A stretch of DNA of 64,000 bases from Bacteroidota bacterium (GCA_021323165.1 JAJTCJ010000034.1:20577-84576), one strand, 5' to 3'. Positions 53,007 to 62,089 are shown, counted from the first letter of the stretch. Notes: generated by a model not told the origin, from the sequence alone. Numbers and translations are program-made.

Positions 53007-53207
53007 TAACAATGCAATTAGGAGTAAGTGAAGTGCAAATTTAAATAACAATTCGCACTTTAGCTAGGTATTATTGGTATTTAGGAGGCATTTCAAGTGA
53101 ATCAACTAGATTAGAGGTTATCCAGGAATAACACTAATCTATGCAGATAAACATCCCGCTTATCGATAAAATACTTGATATTTAACCAGGACGCTGGAAC
53201 ACCATCG

Positions 53208-53432
53208 CTACACATTTTGTGATGCCTTGAGATCTGTTTCCGTTAGATTAAACTTAAAATCAGTCGGAAATAAATCCATATTTCTACGAACAGCCTGTTT
53301 TAAAGCTCTGTTTTCAACACAATAAAGTACAGCGAGATCTATATCTAACATCACTTTGTGTTCTCGGATATAATAAATTTGATTAAGGATCTTCTCTTGA
53401 GAATTAATGAGAGCGGTATTGGCTTTGGTCAT
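53208..53432 (-). pseudogene. Truncated ORF6N (KilA-N/antirepressor-like) domain gene remnant
   Basis: ILNQIYYIREHKVMLDIDLAVLYCVENRALKQAVRRNMDLFPTDFKFNLTETD matches the ORF6N N-terminal domain. It stops at 74 aa where family members continue for about another 100 aa. Confidence 0.6.
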
Positions 53433-53469
53433 AAAAAAGCTTGAGCGTATTGTTGTTTAAATATATTGA

Positions 53470-53498
53470 GTAGGGTATCACAATTTGTGATACCCTAC
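53470..53498. promoter_or_regulatory. Perfect 13-bp inverted repeat GTAGGGTATCACA-ATT-TGTGATACCCTAC (operator- or terminator-like)
   Basis: Counted base by base. Followed by TTTTTT on the plus strand. It sits 38-66 nt upstream of the ORF6N remnant start and downstream of the CotH operon. Confidence 0.5.
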
Positions 53499-53561
53499 AT
53501 TTTTTCTTAAAGATTCAATTTTGGCTCCTCAAGCGTATAAAATTATGTGTTAATGGAAACT

Positions 53562-53726
53562 CTACTTCTTTTTCAACAGAAAAATAAAATACAGCAAACT
53601 AAAAACTAAGAATATAATATTAACAACGCCTGCAAATGCTGGACCTCCTTCAGGCCAGAGCTGACCGAGAAGTACAATGAAGTTAAGTACTACAAGTAAA
53701 ATAAGAATCGCTCTTTCTTTTTTCAT
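53562..53726 (-). CDS. Small (54-aa) two-TM membrane protein, translationally coupled to the CotH gene
   Basis: My translation is MKKERAILILLVVLNFIVLLGQLWPEGGPAFAGVVNIIFLVFSLLYFIFLLKKK. Its ATG overlaps the CotH TGA stop (ATGA). Confidence 0.35.
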   Translation of the reverse strand: MKKERAILILLVVLNFIVLLGQLWPEGGPAFAGVVNIIFLVFSLLYFIFLLKKK

Positions 53727-55312
53727 CTCTCTTTGTTTATAATAATTTTCGCTCTGCCAATTTTACCATCAGCAGAAACTTTAAGCAGTAAATATATTCC
53801 GGATGGAATTCCTTCAAGTTGAAGTGTAAAATAATTTCCCATCATCACTTCATTCGGAGTAATCCTGAATGATCTGCCTGTCATGTCGTATAGCTGAAAC
53901 TGGGCATAATCAAATGCACCTGCAGCTTCATTTGAAATATTTATGTAATTATTTGTTGGATTCGGATACACAAAAAGATCATAAATGGAATTGTCTTCAA
54001 TTGAGCAATCAAAGCTCCAGCCATCCATCTGCTCAATTGCCCATTCTCTTTGAGACTGAATAAAAGGGTAAATGCCGGGGTAACGAAGTCGTAAAACAAA
54101 TGATGAATGTGTTATTGATACTTCATCCAAGTTATCCTCTGTCAGTGATTTTTGAAAGGATGCATAAGAGTTGTATTTATATGGATCTGCGTAATAAGCC
54201 GCATCAATTAAGTTATGTCTGTCGAGTATAAACTTCCCTAAATGATCTATTGTAAAATTGGAATTGATAAGTTCACATGAATAGTTCAAATATTCCTGCT
54301 TGTATTCTTCTATCTCAAATATCCTAGCCAGCAATGGCCTTTCATCAAATTTGTTGGCGGGTACAAGATAGCCGGTAAGTAAAGATGTTCCACTGATAAC
54401 TTTTATATCCTGGAAAGATTCGTTCATGTCCCATGGTATCCAGCGGATCTTTCCATCCGGGTGATCATACATAAAATAATTATTTCCGCCTCCCCAATAA
54501 CTGTCCCAGCTGCGAACCATCTTCTCAATTGCAAGGATCTTCAAATATGAATGAATATCAAATCTCGCTTCGAACTTTTGTTTGAAATCTGCAGAGTGAT
54601 CATTATTGATAAGATCAATAAAACTGATGATGCCTGTCCAGTCATTTAATGTTTCATTCGTAGTTAATTTCAATCCCTGGTCTTTGTATCCTTCTTTTTC
54701 AGGCCCCAGCCAGTTCAATGGAACACTTGCTCCCCTGTCGGTTTTGTAAAGGTTGCCATCATTATTAGCGCTTGTATAATGAAGTTTTAAAAAAGCTTTA
54801 TCCACATTTTCAATAGCTGTATATAAACCAATGTATTCTCCGTTCACCCAAAGTTTGGTAAAGGATGTTCGGGAGGCAACAAGTCCTGCATCGCGGAATA
54901 ACTTAAAGCAGATGGCATCATGCAGAAGTGAAGGGTCATTGGTAAAGTTATTAAGGTTTAGTTTTTTTAATCCGTCAAATTCCTGGTCTGAATATTCATC
55001 AAATGAAATTTTGAATGGTTTCTTTTTTCCAAAGTTCACCAGGCTGTTTGAGGCATTTCCTTTTTCCCTGAAACCACAATTGTTTAATCTTACACCATCC
55101 CATGTGATGTCGCATTTGTGATATCTCTCCGGATAAAGATCCGGATTGGCCATGTTAAGGTCAAAGTCGTGTTCCAGCGTATCGAACCAGTTTGGAAGGT
55201 CTGTTTCAATATACAGCGTATGCAAAACAGTATCATTGAACACCTGTGCTCCGGACTGGGCAAAAACGAATGAGCTTAAAAAAAGCAAAAGATATGTTAG
55301 TCTTTTTTTCAC
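53723..55312 (-). CDS. CotH kinase-family protein with a T9SS type-A C-terminal domain
   Basis: Signal peptide MKKRLTYLLLFLSSFVFAQ (GTG start). ..CGFREKGNASN..KKPFKISFDEY....LKKLNLNN...DPSLLHDAICFKLFRDAG..ASRTSFTKLWVNGEYIGLY is CotH-like. Tail LFVYPNPTNNYINIS..GIYLLLKVS. Confidence 0.75.
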   Translation of the reverse strand: MKKRLTYLLLFLSSFVFAQSGAQVFNDTVLHTLYIETDLPNWFDTLEHDFDLNMANPDLYPERYHKCDITWDGVRLNNCGFREKGNASNSLVNFGKKKPFKISFDEYSDQEFDGLKKLNLNNFTNDPSLLHDAICFKLFRDAGLVASRTSFTKLWVNGEYIGLYTAIENVDKAFLKLHYTSANNDGNLYKTDRGASVPLNWLGPEKEGYKDQGLKLTTNETLNDWTGIISFIDLINNDHSADFKQKFEARFDIHSYLKILAIEKMVRSWDSYWGGGNNYFMYDHPDGKIRWIPWDMNESFQDIKVISGTSLLTGYLVPANKFDERPLLARIFEIEEYKQEYLNYSCELINSNFTIDHLGKFILDRHNLIDAAYYADPYKYNSYASFQKSLTEDNLDEVSITHSSFVLRLRYPGIYPFIQSQREWAIEQMDGWSFDCSIEDNSIYDLFVYPNPTNNYINISNEAAGAFDYAQFQLYDMTGRSFRITPNEVMMGNYFTLQLEGIPSGIYLLLKVSADGKIGRAKIIINKER

Positions 55313-56043
55313 CTGCGTGGAAGACGATGTTCGTTATTAAGTGTATTGTAATATTTTTTGAAATTCCTCTTCATGAAATGAATTCCTATTGTAGTATTTA
55401 TTCCGGCATTGCTGTTTTTGTTTGCAAGATTGAATTGTAAACCAAGTTTAAAATGAATACGCAGATGTTCGTTTAGTTTACGTTCAAAGCCTGTAAAAGG
55501 CTCCATGGTGAGTTGTGGGCCATTGTTGTATTCAACATTCATGAAGTTTAGTTCAGCCCCGGTAAAGAAAGCATTCTTACGCAGATATGTGCTTGCACCA
55601 AGGTATCGTTGAAATCCAAAACCGTATTTGGTAACAGAATATGGTTTGCCGTTCACATATCCGATCTGGAAGTAAAAGAGTTTTGTTCCTCTTAATGTAA
55701 ATCCTGCTTTGACTTGAAACCCTACATTTTCAGCTGCAAAGGGTTCATTCCTGAAAACAGAGAAGTAGGGAACTTTATAATAACCGATGTTTGTTCCGAT
55801 CCAGAATGTTTTTAATTTTTTACCCTGTATTGTATCCACAGCCTGCCATGGAATGATGCGGATTGATTCATCCACCTGGCGGATCTTAATAATTGCAGAA
55901 TCTACTTTAATGATTGTTCCTGTCTGTGAATTTCCGTCTTTCAGAACTATTTCATCAGTCAGGAATTTCTTATAGTTCATACAGCCGCTTAGCAGCAGTA
56001 TAGTAGAAAACAAAAAAATAGTTGATTTGTAATATTCTTTCAT
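55309..56043 (-). CDS. Hypothetical lipoprotein / small beta-barrel protein
   Basis: Lipobox-like LLLSGC, then an alternating aromatic/Gly beta pattern. Its stop overlaps the CotH GTG start (GTGA). Confidence 0.45.
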   Translation of the reverse strand: MKEYYKSTIFLFSTILLLSGCMNYKKFLTDEIVLKDGNSQTGTIIKVDSAIIKIRQVDESIRIIPWQAVDTIQGKKLKTFWIGTNIGYYKVPYFSVFRNEPFAAENVGFQVKAGFTLRGTKLFYFQIGYVNGKPYSVTKYGFGFQRYLGASTYLRKNAFFTGAELNFMNVEYNNGPQLTMEPFTGFERKLNEHLRIHFKLGLQFNLANKNSNAGINTTIGIHFMKRNFKKYYNTLNNEHRLPRR

Positions 56044-56091
56044 TCGAATGATTTAGTTGAGCTTATGCTCATGAAATATATTTCCGGAAAA

Positions 56092-58104
56092 CTATTTTAA
56101 AATAATCCTTCCAAGCATTGCATTAAAGATCTTTTTTGCTTCCAGCAATTGCTGCTGTGTCTGCATCAGTGTAAGCATTTCATCTTCAGGCGGATTTTCT
56201 TTCAATCGTTTTTGATTATCCTGGATCATCATCTCAAGCTTCCTGCTTTTTAAAGCATAGATCGCATTGTAAATGCTTTTCTTAAGAACATCCTCTTCAA
56301 ATGTGATAAATATATCATGCTGCTCCCAATTGGAAAGCTGGTAAGGAGAGCTGAGCAGATCAACTGTTAATGAGCAGATCGCGATATTTTCATGATTTAT
56401 GAAATGCTTCTGGCTTGGAATTGTATGGTATTTTTCAAGACTCTCATTGTATTCATTCAGCACACTGTTGTAAACTAAATTTTCCAACGTAATATTATCA
56501 TGCTGAAGTTCGTGGAGAATCAATTCCGCGACAGTGATCTCAGCTTCAGTTGGATTCCCTTCTTCATCCTCACTCGCGATCTTCACGATCTTATCACCAT
56601 AATTGATCATGATGCGGATGATATCGCGCTCCTGAAATTCCGCGTCAAAAACGGCATTTTCCTTTTTAGGTTCAAGAGTTAATAGCGATTCAACCTGGGT
56701 TTTATTTTCGGTTGGTGCAGGGGAGTTTTGTTTTTCATTAAAGCGTTTTGTCCTGAATTTATTCAGCTCACTGAGCAATATTTGTTCATCAACTTCCATG
56801 ATGCGGCTGCATTCACGGATATAAACGGAACGATAAATTGCATCTGGAATAAGCGCAATACTTTGAACAATGCTGACAATAGCTTCCGCCTTTTTTAAAG
56901 GATCATTCTTAATATTTTGTTTTATAAGAAGCTCCGCCTTGTATTCAATAAAGTTTTGTGCTTTGTCCTTAATAAAATTCTTTAGTTCTTCTGTAGTTAC
57001 TTTTTTCGAATAGGAATCCGGATCATCTCCGTCAGGAAATAAAAGCACCTTTACATTCATTCCTTCTTCAAGAAGAAGATCAATACTTTTAACTGTTGCT
57101 TTGATTCCTGCATCATCACCGTCAAATGAAATGGTAATATCATTTGTTAAACGCTGGATCTCTTTGATATGTCCTGCCGTTAATGCCGTTCCGCTGCTGG
57201 CAACAACATTCTCAACTCCTGCCTGGTGCAATGCGATCACATCGAGATAACCTTCAACAAGGAAACAGAATTTCTCTTTAGCAATTGCTGCTTTGGAATG
57301 ATATAAGCCATACAGCACATCACTCTTGTGATAGATCTCTGTTTCGGGAGAGTTTACATATTTGGATGTTTTCTTATCTGTGCGAAGAGTCCTTCCGCCA
57401 AAAGCGATCACTCTTCCACTCTTGTTGTGGATAGGAAACATAACCCTTCCCCAGAATCTGTCTACGTATTTATTTTCAACTTTCGGAGCAGTATTTTCGA
57501 TCTGCTGTTCAGTTCCCGGTTCAGGTTCATTCCTGTATTCTATGGTTAATCCGCTCTTTACAAGATATTCTATTTTATATCCTGTAGCTAAAGCGATATC
57601 AGTAAATGCAGTGCGGTGATTTATGCTGTAACCCAGCTGGAATTTCTGAATGATGTCTTCACGAAGCCCACGTTCTTTAAAGTATCCCAGCCCCACAGAT
57701 TTTCCTTCATCGGTATTATACAGGTTTTCAGAAAAGTGTTTTTGAGCGTAAGAAGAAACAACGAGTAGACTTTCTTTATCGCTTTGAAATTGTGTTTCTT
57801 CAGGACTAAGCTCCTTTTCAACTATCTCAATATTGTATTTCTTCGCCAGTGCACGCAAAGCATCGGGGTAGGTAAGCTTTTCAAGTTCCATAAGGAAATT
57901 GACTGCATGGCCGCCTTTACCACATCCAAAACACTTGTAAATGCCTTTAACAGGAGAAACATAGAAAGAAGGGGTCTTTTCATTATGAAAAGGACAGCAT
58001 CCTATAAGATTAACACCGCGCTTTTTCAAAGAAACATGGTCAGCGACCACTTCTTCAATACGCACAGCGTCAAATATCTTGTCTATGTCTTCTTTCTTGA
58101 TCAA
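56092..58104 (-). CDS. dnaG: DNA primase
   Basis: CHC2 zinc finger CPFHNEKTPSF..CFGCGKGG and a TOPRIM region (LVEGYLDVIALHQAG, FDGDDAG). 670 aa with an apparent TTG start. Confidence 0.9.
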   Translation of the reverse strand: MIKKEDIDKIFDAVRIEEVVADHVSLKKRGVNLIGCCPFHNEKTPSFYVSPVKGIYKCFGCGKGGHAVNFLMELEKLTYPDALRALAKKYNIEIVEKELSPEETQFQSDKESLLVVSSYAQKHFSENLYNTDEGKSVGLGYFKERGLREDIIQKFQLGYSINHRTAFTDIALATGYKIEYLVKSGLTIEYRNEPEPGTEQQIENTAPKVENKYVDRFWGRVMFPIHNKSGRVIAFGGRTLRTDKKTSKYVNSPETEIYHKSDVLYGLYHSKAAIAKEKFCFLVEGYLDVIALHQAGVENVVASSGTALTAGHIKEIQRLTNDITISFDGDDAGIKATVKSIDLLLEEGMNVKVLLFPDGDDPDSYSKKVTTEELKNFIKDKAQNFIEYKAELLIKQNIKNDPLKKAEAIVSIVQSIALIPDAIYRSVYIRECSRIMEVDEQILLSELNKFRTKRFNEKQNSPAPTENKTQVESLLTLEPKKENAVFDAEFQERDIIRIMINYGDKIVKIASEDEEGNPTEAEITVAELILHELQHDNITLENLVYNSVLNEYNESLEKYHTIPSQKHFINHENIAICSLTVDLLSSPYQLSNWEQHDIFITFEEDVLKKSIYNAIYALKSRKLEMMIQDNQKRLKENPPEDEMLTLMQTQQQLLEAKKIFNAMLGRIILK

Positions 58105-58142
58105 GGGAGTTTTTTTGGGAATGCTAATTTACGAAATTTTTA

Positions 58143-58224
58143 CCACGGAGGCACTGAGAACACAGAGAACCACAGAGAAAAATTGATAAATAAGAATGGA
58201 GCAGCTGAGAACCACGGAGAGAAG
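58143..58224. repeat. Short-unit repeats CCACGGAG / CACTGAGAA / CACAGAGAA(C) in the dnaG upstream region (family 3 variant)
   Basis: CCACGGAGGCACTGAGAACACAGAGAACCACAGAGAAAAA .. GCTGAGAACCACGGAGAGAAGG. Confidence 0.7.
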
Positions 58225-58261
58225 GCGTTCGGTTTTCTAGAAAGTTCTTTTGGAGCAGTTT

Positions 58262-58287
58262 GTCATCCCGAGCTTGTCCGAGAGATC
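58262..58287 (+). repeat. Family-1 hairpin repeat GTCATCCCGAGCTTGTCCGAGAGATC
   Basis: Same 26-nt architecture as the copies at 47220, 47279, 47341, 20770 and 20960. Confidence 0.8.
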
Positions 58288-58335
58288 TTATTCTGTGTGT
58301 GTGATATAAATTTATGATTTGAGAAAACAACCAAT

Positions 58336-58362
58336 AAAAAAGCCTGACAAATAAGTCAGGCT
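58336..58362 (-). terminator. Intrinsic terminator after the lytic transglycosylase gene
   Basis: On the minus strand, AGCCTGAC-TTATTT-GTCAGGCT followed by TTTTTT. Confidence 0.7.
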
Positions 58363-58396
58363 TAGTGTTTCTTAGTGGCCTCAGTGCCTTAGTGGT
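58361..58396. repeat. CTTAGTG heptamer array (family 3)
   Basis: CTTAGTGTTTCTTAGTGGCCTCAGTGCCTTAGTGG. It shares GGCTTAGTGTTTCTT with 28545-28559. Confidence 0.75.
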
Positions 58397-58405
58397 AAAT
58401 CTTTC

Positions 58406-59839
58406 TTATTTCGCATTAAGCCTCGCCATTCCCTTCAAACTCTCCTCATTATTCGGATCAAGCTTCAATGACTTTTTATAATAAGCTCTTGCTTGTTCTT
58501 TCTGCCCCATCAGGCGGTATGTTTCGCCAAGACCGTGATAAGTACTTGCTGATTCAGGATATTGTGATTCATTGAACTTAAACATTTTGAATGCTTCTTC
58601 TGTTTTTCTTGCCTTCAATAACTGATATGCAAGATCATTAAAACGATCATCTCCGGCTACCCGTGGAGCATCAGGTGCAAGTCCGCTAAGCTCTGTTTGA
58701 ACAGCCTTCACTTTAGTGATAAAATAATCAAATGGGATCACACCTTCAACAAGATCATTTTCATATTCGGAAAGACAATTTCCTAAATAACTGCATTTGT
58801 CTTCAGGAGAGCACTGGCATTGAGCATAAGAATTATACATCCTGTCTCCGTCAATCAAATAAACCGAATCAGTCGGCATTACAAGTGCATCAAAATTGGT
58901 GAAAGCTGCCAATACTAACTGTGAATAATTCTGTGATGAATTTTTAAATCCACCGTAAGTCGTCTGCCATACTTTTTGAATAAGCTGCATTCCGCCTTCA
59001 GTTGGTTTGATCTTACGGATAACTCCGGCTACGTTTCCGGCACCTGCGTGATAAGAATGCATCACAAGTAAACGGAACCAAAGATCAGTTTCGTTGTATG
59101 GGACATGTGCACTATCCAGCATTGCACGTGTGTAAGGAATGCAGATACGGCTAAGCAGGCGGGATGCCCCGTAAGCAGCACGTTCAAGATCGGTACGTTC
59201 ATCAATTGTTTTTGTAACTTTAAGTCCCTGTGCACGTGCAACAGATTTCATAAGCTGAAAAGGACCATTAGCACCAACACATGATTTTGTATTGCTTTTT
59301 CCCGGACTTTCAATAAGTAAAATTGCCTGTGCATACCACGGGTCAACGCCATTCTGACTGAATACTTCGATCGCTTTGCTGATGGTAGGCATTACCTTTT
59401 TAAATTCATAAAAATCTTTTTTACCTGTGGTAACTAACAGGGAAACACTATCCGGAAGCTGGTGGAATTTACGAACGCTGTCTTTATATAATGCATGCTG
59501 AGCATCATTCTGCTTATTCCATTGTTTTAAATTGATCCTGTCAAGAACCTGGCGGGTACTTCCAATATTTACAACAGCTGAATCCGGAGTAAGGTTCATG
59601 ATCTGCTGCCAGAACTGAGCCTGCGGAAGCATATGCCATCCTTCTCTGAAAAGGACTTCATCATTCATGAATCTCATCGGAACAACGCCATTGTAGCTCA
59701 CTACATATCTTTCGATTGTAGATGCTGACGCAACTGAAGGCGGGCTCGCTTTTTTGTCACCGCTTGGAGCAGGAGGAGCAAAAGCGGTAATGCTGATGCT
59801 GAATATGAAAACGGATGATATAAGGAGTAATTTTTTCAA
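58406..59839 (-). CDS. Secreted lytic-transglycosylase (SLT) domain protein with C-terminal TPR repeats
   Basis: Signal peptide. LLIESPGKS (catalytic Glu-Ser context) and GANGPFQLM are SLT-like. The C-terminus YHGLGETYRLMGQKEQARAYYKKSLKLDPNN is TPR. Confidence 0.6.
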   Translation of the reverse strand: MKKLLLISSVFIFSISITAFAPPAPSGDKKASPPSVASASTIERYVVSYNGVVPMRFMNDEVLFREGWHMLPQAQFWQQIMNLTPDSAVVNIGSTRQVLDRINLKQWNKQNDAQHALYKDSVRKFHQLPDSVSLLVTTGKKDFYEFKKVMPTISKAIEVFSQNGVDPWYAQAILLIESPGKSNTKSCVGANGPFQLMKSVARAQGLKVTKTIDERTDLERAAYGASRLLSRICIPYTRAMLDSAHVPYNETDLWFRLLVMHSYHAGAGNVAGVIRKIKPTEGGMQLIQKVWQTTYGGFKNSSQNYSQLVLAAFTNFDALVMPTDSVYLIDGDRMYNSYAQCQCSPEDKCSYLGNCLSEYENDLVEGVIPFDYFITKVKAVQTELSGLAPDAPRVAGDDRFNDLAYQLLKARKTEEAFKMFKFNESQYPESASTYHGLGETYRLMGQKEQARAYYKKSLKLDPNNEESLKGMARLNAK

Positions 59840-60106
59840 AGCTTTGTGTTTTTAATTTTTATAAAAGTAATACCTCTAATTTACGATTTTCAGAAGCCGT
59901 TTCCAAACTTTTTAACAAACGTTTTCAACAATTAGATATTGTAACGAGCTTAATCTGATTAGGTTTCAGAACATATACGATTCTCTAAAAAAAAGTACCA
60001 GCAAAAAAATTAATCGGGCCGAAAGGTCGAAATATCAGGAAATTCAGCCTATTGGACAGGAATGGTTAAGAAAGGAGGAAAGAACTTGTTGTATAATTTA
60101 TTTCAT

Positions 60107-60114
60107 TACTTTTG
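60107..60114 (+). promoter_or_regulatory. -7 promoter box TACTTTTG upstream of the acyl-CoA dehydrogenase ATG 60140
   Basis: Exact TAnnTTTG match inside the ORF-track 5' extension, 25 nt before ATG 60140. Confidence 0.45.
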
Positions 60115-60139
60115 TTCGCGAAAATTAAAAACAAGAATA

Positions 60140-61192
60140 ATGGCAACAGACAGATTTGAAGCTCATGATTATTATTTAATGGATGTTGCTGAAGTAGGTG
60201 CCTTTGGTCCGTATATCCCAACAGAATATGGTGGGGCAGGACTTGATCAGATCTCTTACGGTTTGATCATGCAGGAGTTGGAGCGTGGGGATAGCGGATT
60301 ACGTTCTACAGCTTCTGTTCAGAGCTCATTGGTTATGTTCCCGATCTTTACATACGGAACTGAAGAGCAAAAACGTAAATACCTTCCAAAACTTGCTGCC
60401 GGTGAAATGATGGGATGTTTCGGTTTAACCGAGCCTGATCATGGTTCAAATCCTTCCGGTATGATCACCAACATCAAAGATAAAGGCGATCATTATTTAT
60501 TAAATGGAGCTAAAATGTGGATCTCAAATGCTCCTTTCGCTGATATTGCGGTTGTTTGGGCAAAAGATGAAGCAGGAGATATTCGCGGTTTAGTCGTAGA
60601 AAGAGGAATGGAAGGCTTCACAACACCTGAAACTCATGGTAAATGGAGCTTACGTGCAAGTGCTACCGGAGAGTTGGTTTTCGCCAATGTAAAAGTCCCG
60701 AAAGAAAATATCTTCCCTACAATAAAAGGGTTAAAAGGCCCATTGGGTTGTCTTAACAGTGCACGTTACGGTATTGCCTGGGGTGCTATCGGAGCAGCAA
60801 TGGATTGTTATGATTCTGCGTTACGTTACTCAAAAGAGCGTATCCAGTTCGGAAAGCCTATCGGAGGATTTCAGTTAACACAAAAGAAACTTGCCGAAAT
60901 GATCACTGAGATCACCAAAGCGCAATTGCTTACCTGGAGATTAGGGGTGCTGAAGAATGAACACCGCGCAACGCCTGCACAGATCTCTATGGCAAAACGT
61001 AATAATGTGAACATGGCTCTTCAGATCGCGCGTGAAGCACGTCAGATTCACGGTGGTATGGGAATCACAGGAGAATATCCTATCATGCGTCATATGATGA
61101 ACCTTGAATCGGTAATCACTTATGAAGGAACTCACGATATCCATTTATTGATCACAGGTATGGATGTAACAGGTATCAACGCATTCCAATAA
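60140..61192 (+). CDS. Glutaryl-CoA-dehydrogenase-like acyl-CoA dehydrogenase, apparently missing about 40 residues of the N-terminal helical domain
   Basis: GLIMQELERGDSGLRS, GCFGLTEPDHGSNP, WISNAPFADI, RASATGEL, YEGTHDIHLLITG are GCDH-type. The N-terminus MATDRFEAHDYYLMD runs straight into VAEVGAFGPYIP. Confidence 0.8.
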   Translation: MATDRFEAHDYYLMDVAEVGAFGPYIPTEYGGAGLDQISYGLIMQELERGDSGLRSTASVQSSLVMFPIFTYGTEEQKRKYLPKLAAGEMMGCFGLTEPDHGSNPSGMITNIKDKGDHYLLNGAKMWISNAPFADIAVVWAKDEAGDIRGLVVERGMEGFTTPETHGKWSLRASATGELVFANVKVPKENIFPTIKGLKGPLGCLNSARYGIAWGAIGAAMDCYDSALRYSKERIQFGKPIGGFQLTQKKLAEMITEITKAQLLTWRLGVLKNEHRATPAQISMAKRNNVNMALQIAREARQIHGGMGITGEYPIMRHMMNLESVITYEGTHDIHLLITGMDVTGINAFQ

Positions 61193-61216
61193 TCTTATTA
61201 TTTCTTATTCAAAAAA

Positions 61217-61245
61217 GCACCTTTCCGAAGGTGCTTTTTGTTTTT
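61217..61245 (+). terminator. Intrinsic terminator after the acyl-CoA dehydrogenase gene
   Basis: GCACCTT-TCCG-AAGGTGC followed by TTTTTGTTTTT. Confidence 0.75.
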
Positions 61246-61326
61246 ATAGAGTGATAGGATCATTCCAAACCGTTTCAATTACTAATATTAAATGCTTTTA
61301 ATATTTCCGGATGTGTGTTTAAATTT

Positions 61327-61334
61327 TACTTTTG
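61327..61334 (+). promoter_or_regulatory. -7 promoter box TACTTTTG upstream of ATG 61354
   Basis: Exact TAnnTTTG match, 19 nt before ATG 61354, the canonical TauE start in a different frame from the long ORF. Confidence 0.45.
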
Positions 61335-61353
61335 TTTAAACTGAACACTCTGA

Positions 61354-62053
61354 ATGGAATACCTTGGCTATTTCGCTGCCGTTTTAATTGGAATATCATT
61401 GGGATTGAATGATTGGTGTGATCAGTTATGTTATAAACGGATTGGTTTGTTTTCGTACAGTCCTGGTTTTCGGAATCCCTTCCGTAATAAGTGTATTTCT
61501 CACACGAAAATATCTTCTACATGCAATTCCTGATCACATACTGACAATAGGAGGCTTTGAGATCACAAAGGATGCACTATTAATGATCCTGCTTGCAGTT
61601 CTGATGCTGGCTGCATCTTTCTCCATGCTTAAAAAGAATACGGTAATTAAAGTGGACAGGGAAAGATCCAACCAGGAATATCATTCTTTCCTCATATTAC
61701 AACAGGGAATTTTAGTAGGATCACTTGTAGGACTTGTAGGAGCCGGAGGAGGCTTTTTGATCATTCCCGCACTGGTGATACTTGCTAAATTACCAATGAA
61801 AAAAGCTATCGGGACTTCTCTTGCAATTATTACTTTAAATTCCACAGTAGGGTTTTTAAGTGATTTCAGATCACATCAGTTCGACTGGGCCTTTATTTTC
61901 AAGTTTTCAGCATTTGCAGTTACAGGTATCATTATCGGAACATACCTTGCCAAACATGTAAGCAGCGCGAAACTTAAACCCGCTTTCGGATGGTTTGTGC
62001 TGATAATGGGAATTTATATCATCTCCAAAGAATTGTTCCTCCAAACCACCTGA
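61354..62053 (+). pseudogene. TauE/SafE-family sulfite-exporter gene with an out-of-frame internal deletion near the 5' end
   Basis: The frame of ATG 61354 encodes MEYLGYFAAVLIGISLGL (a typical family N-terminus), then nonsense to a stop (59 codons). The family-like sequence resumes in another frame at 61409 (IGVISYVINGLV..VFGIPSVISVFLTRKYLL..GLVGAGGGFLIIPALV). The first-half GGGG..VP motif is missing. Confidence 0.6.
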
Positions 62054-62089
62054 TTTTGATCAGTATTTCTTAATAAGAGAGGATTATCG

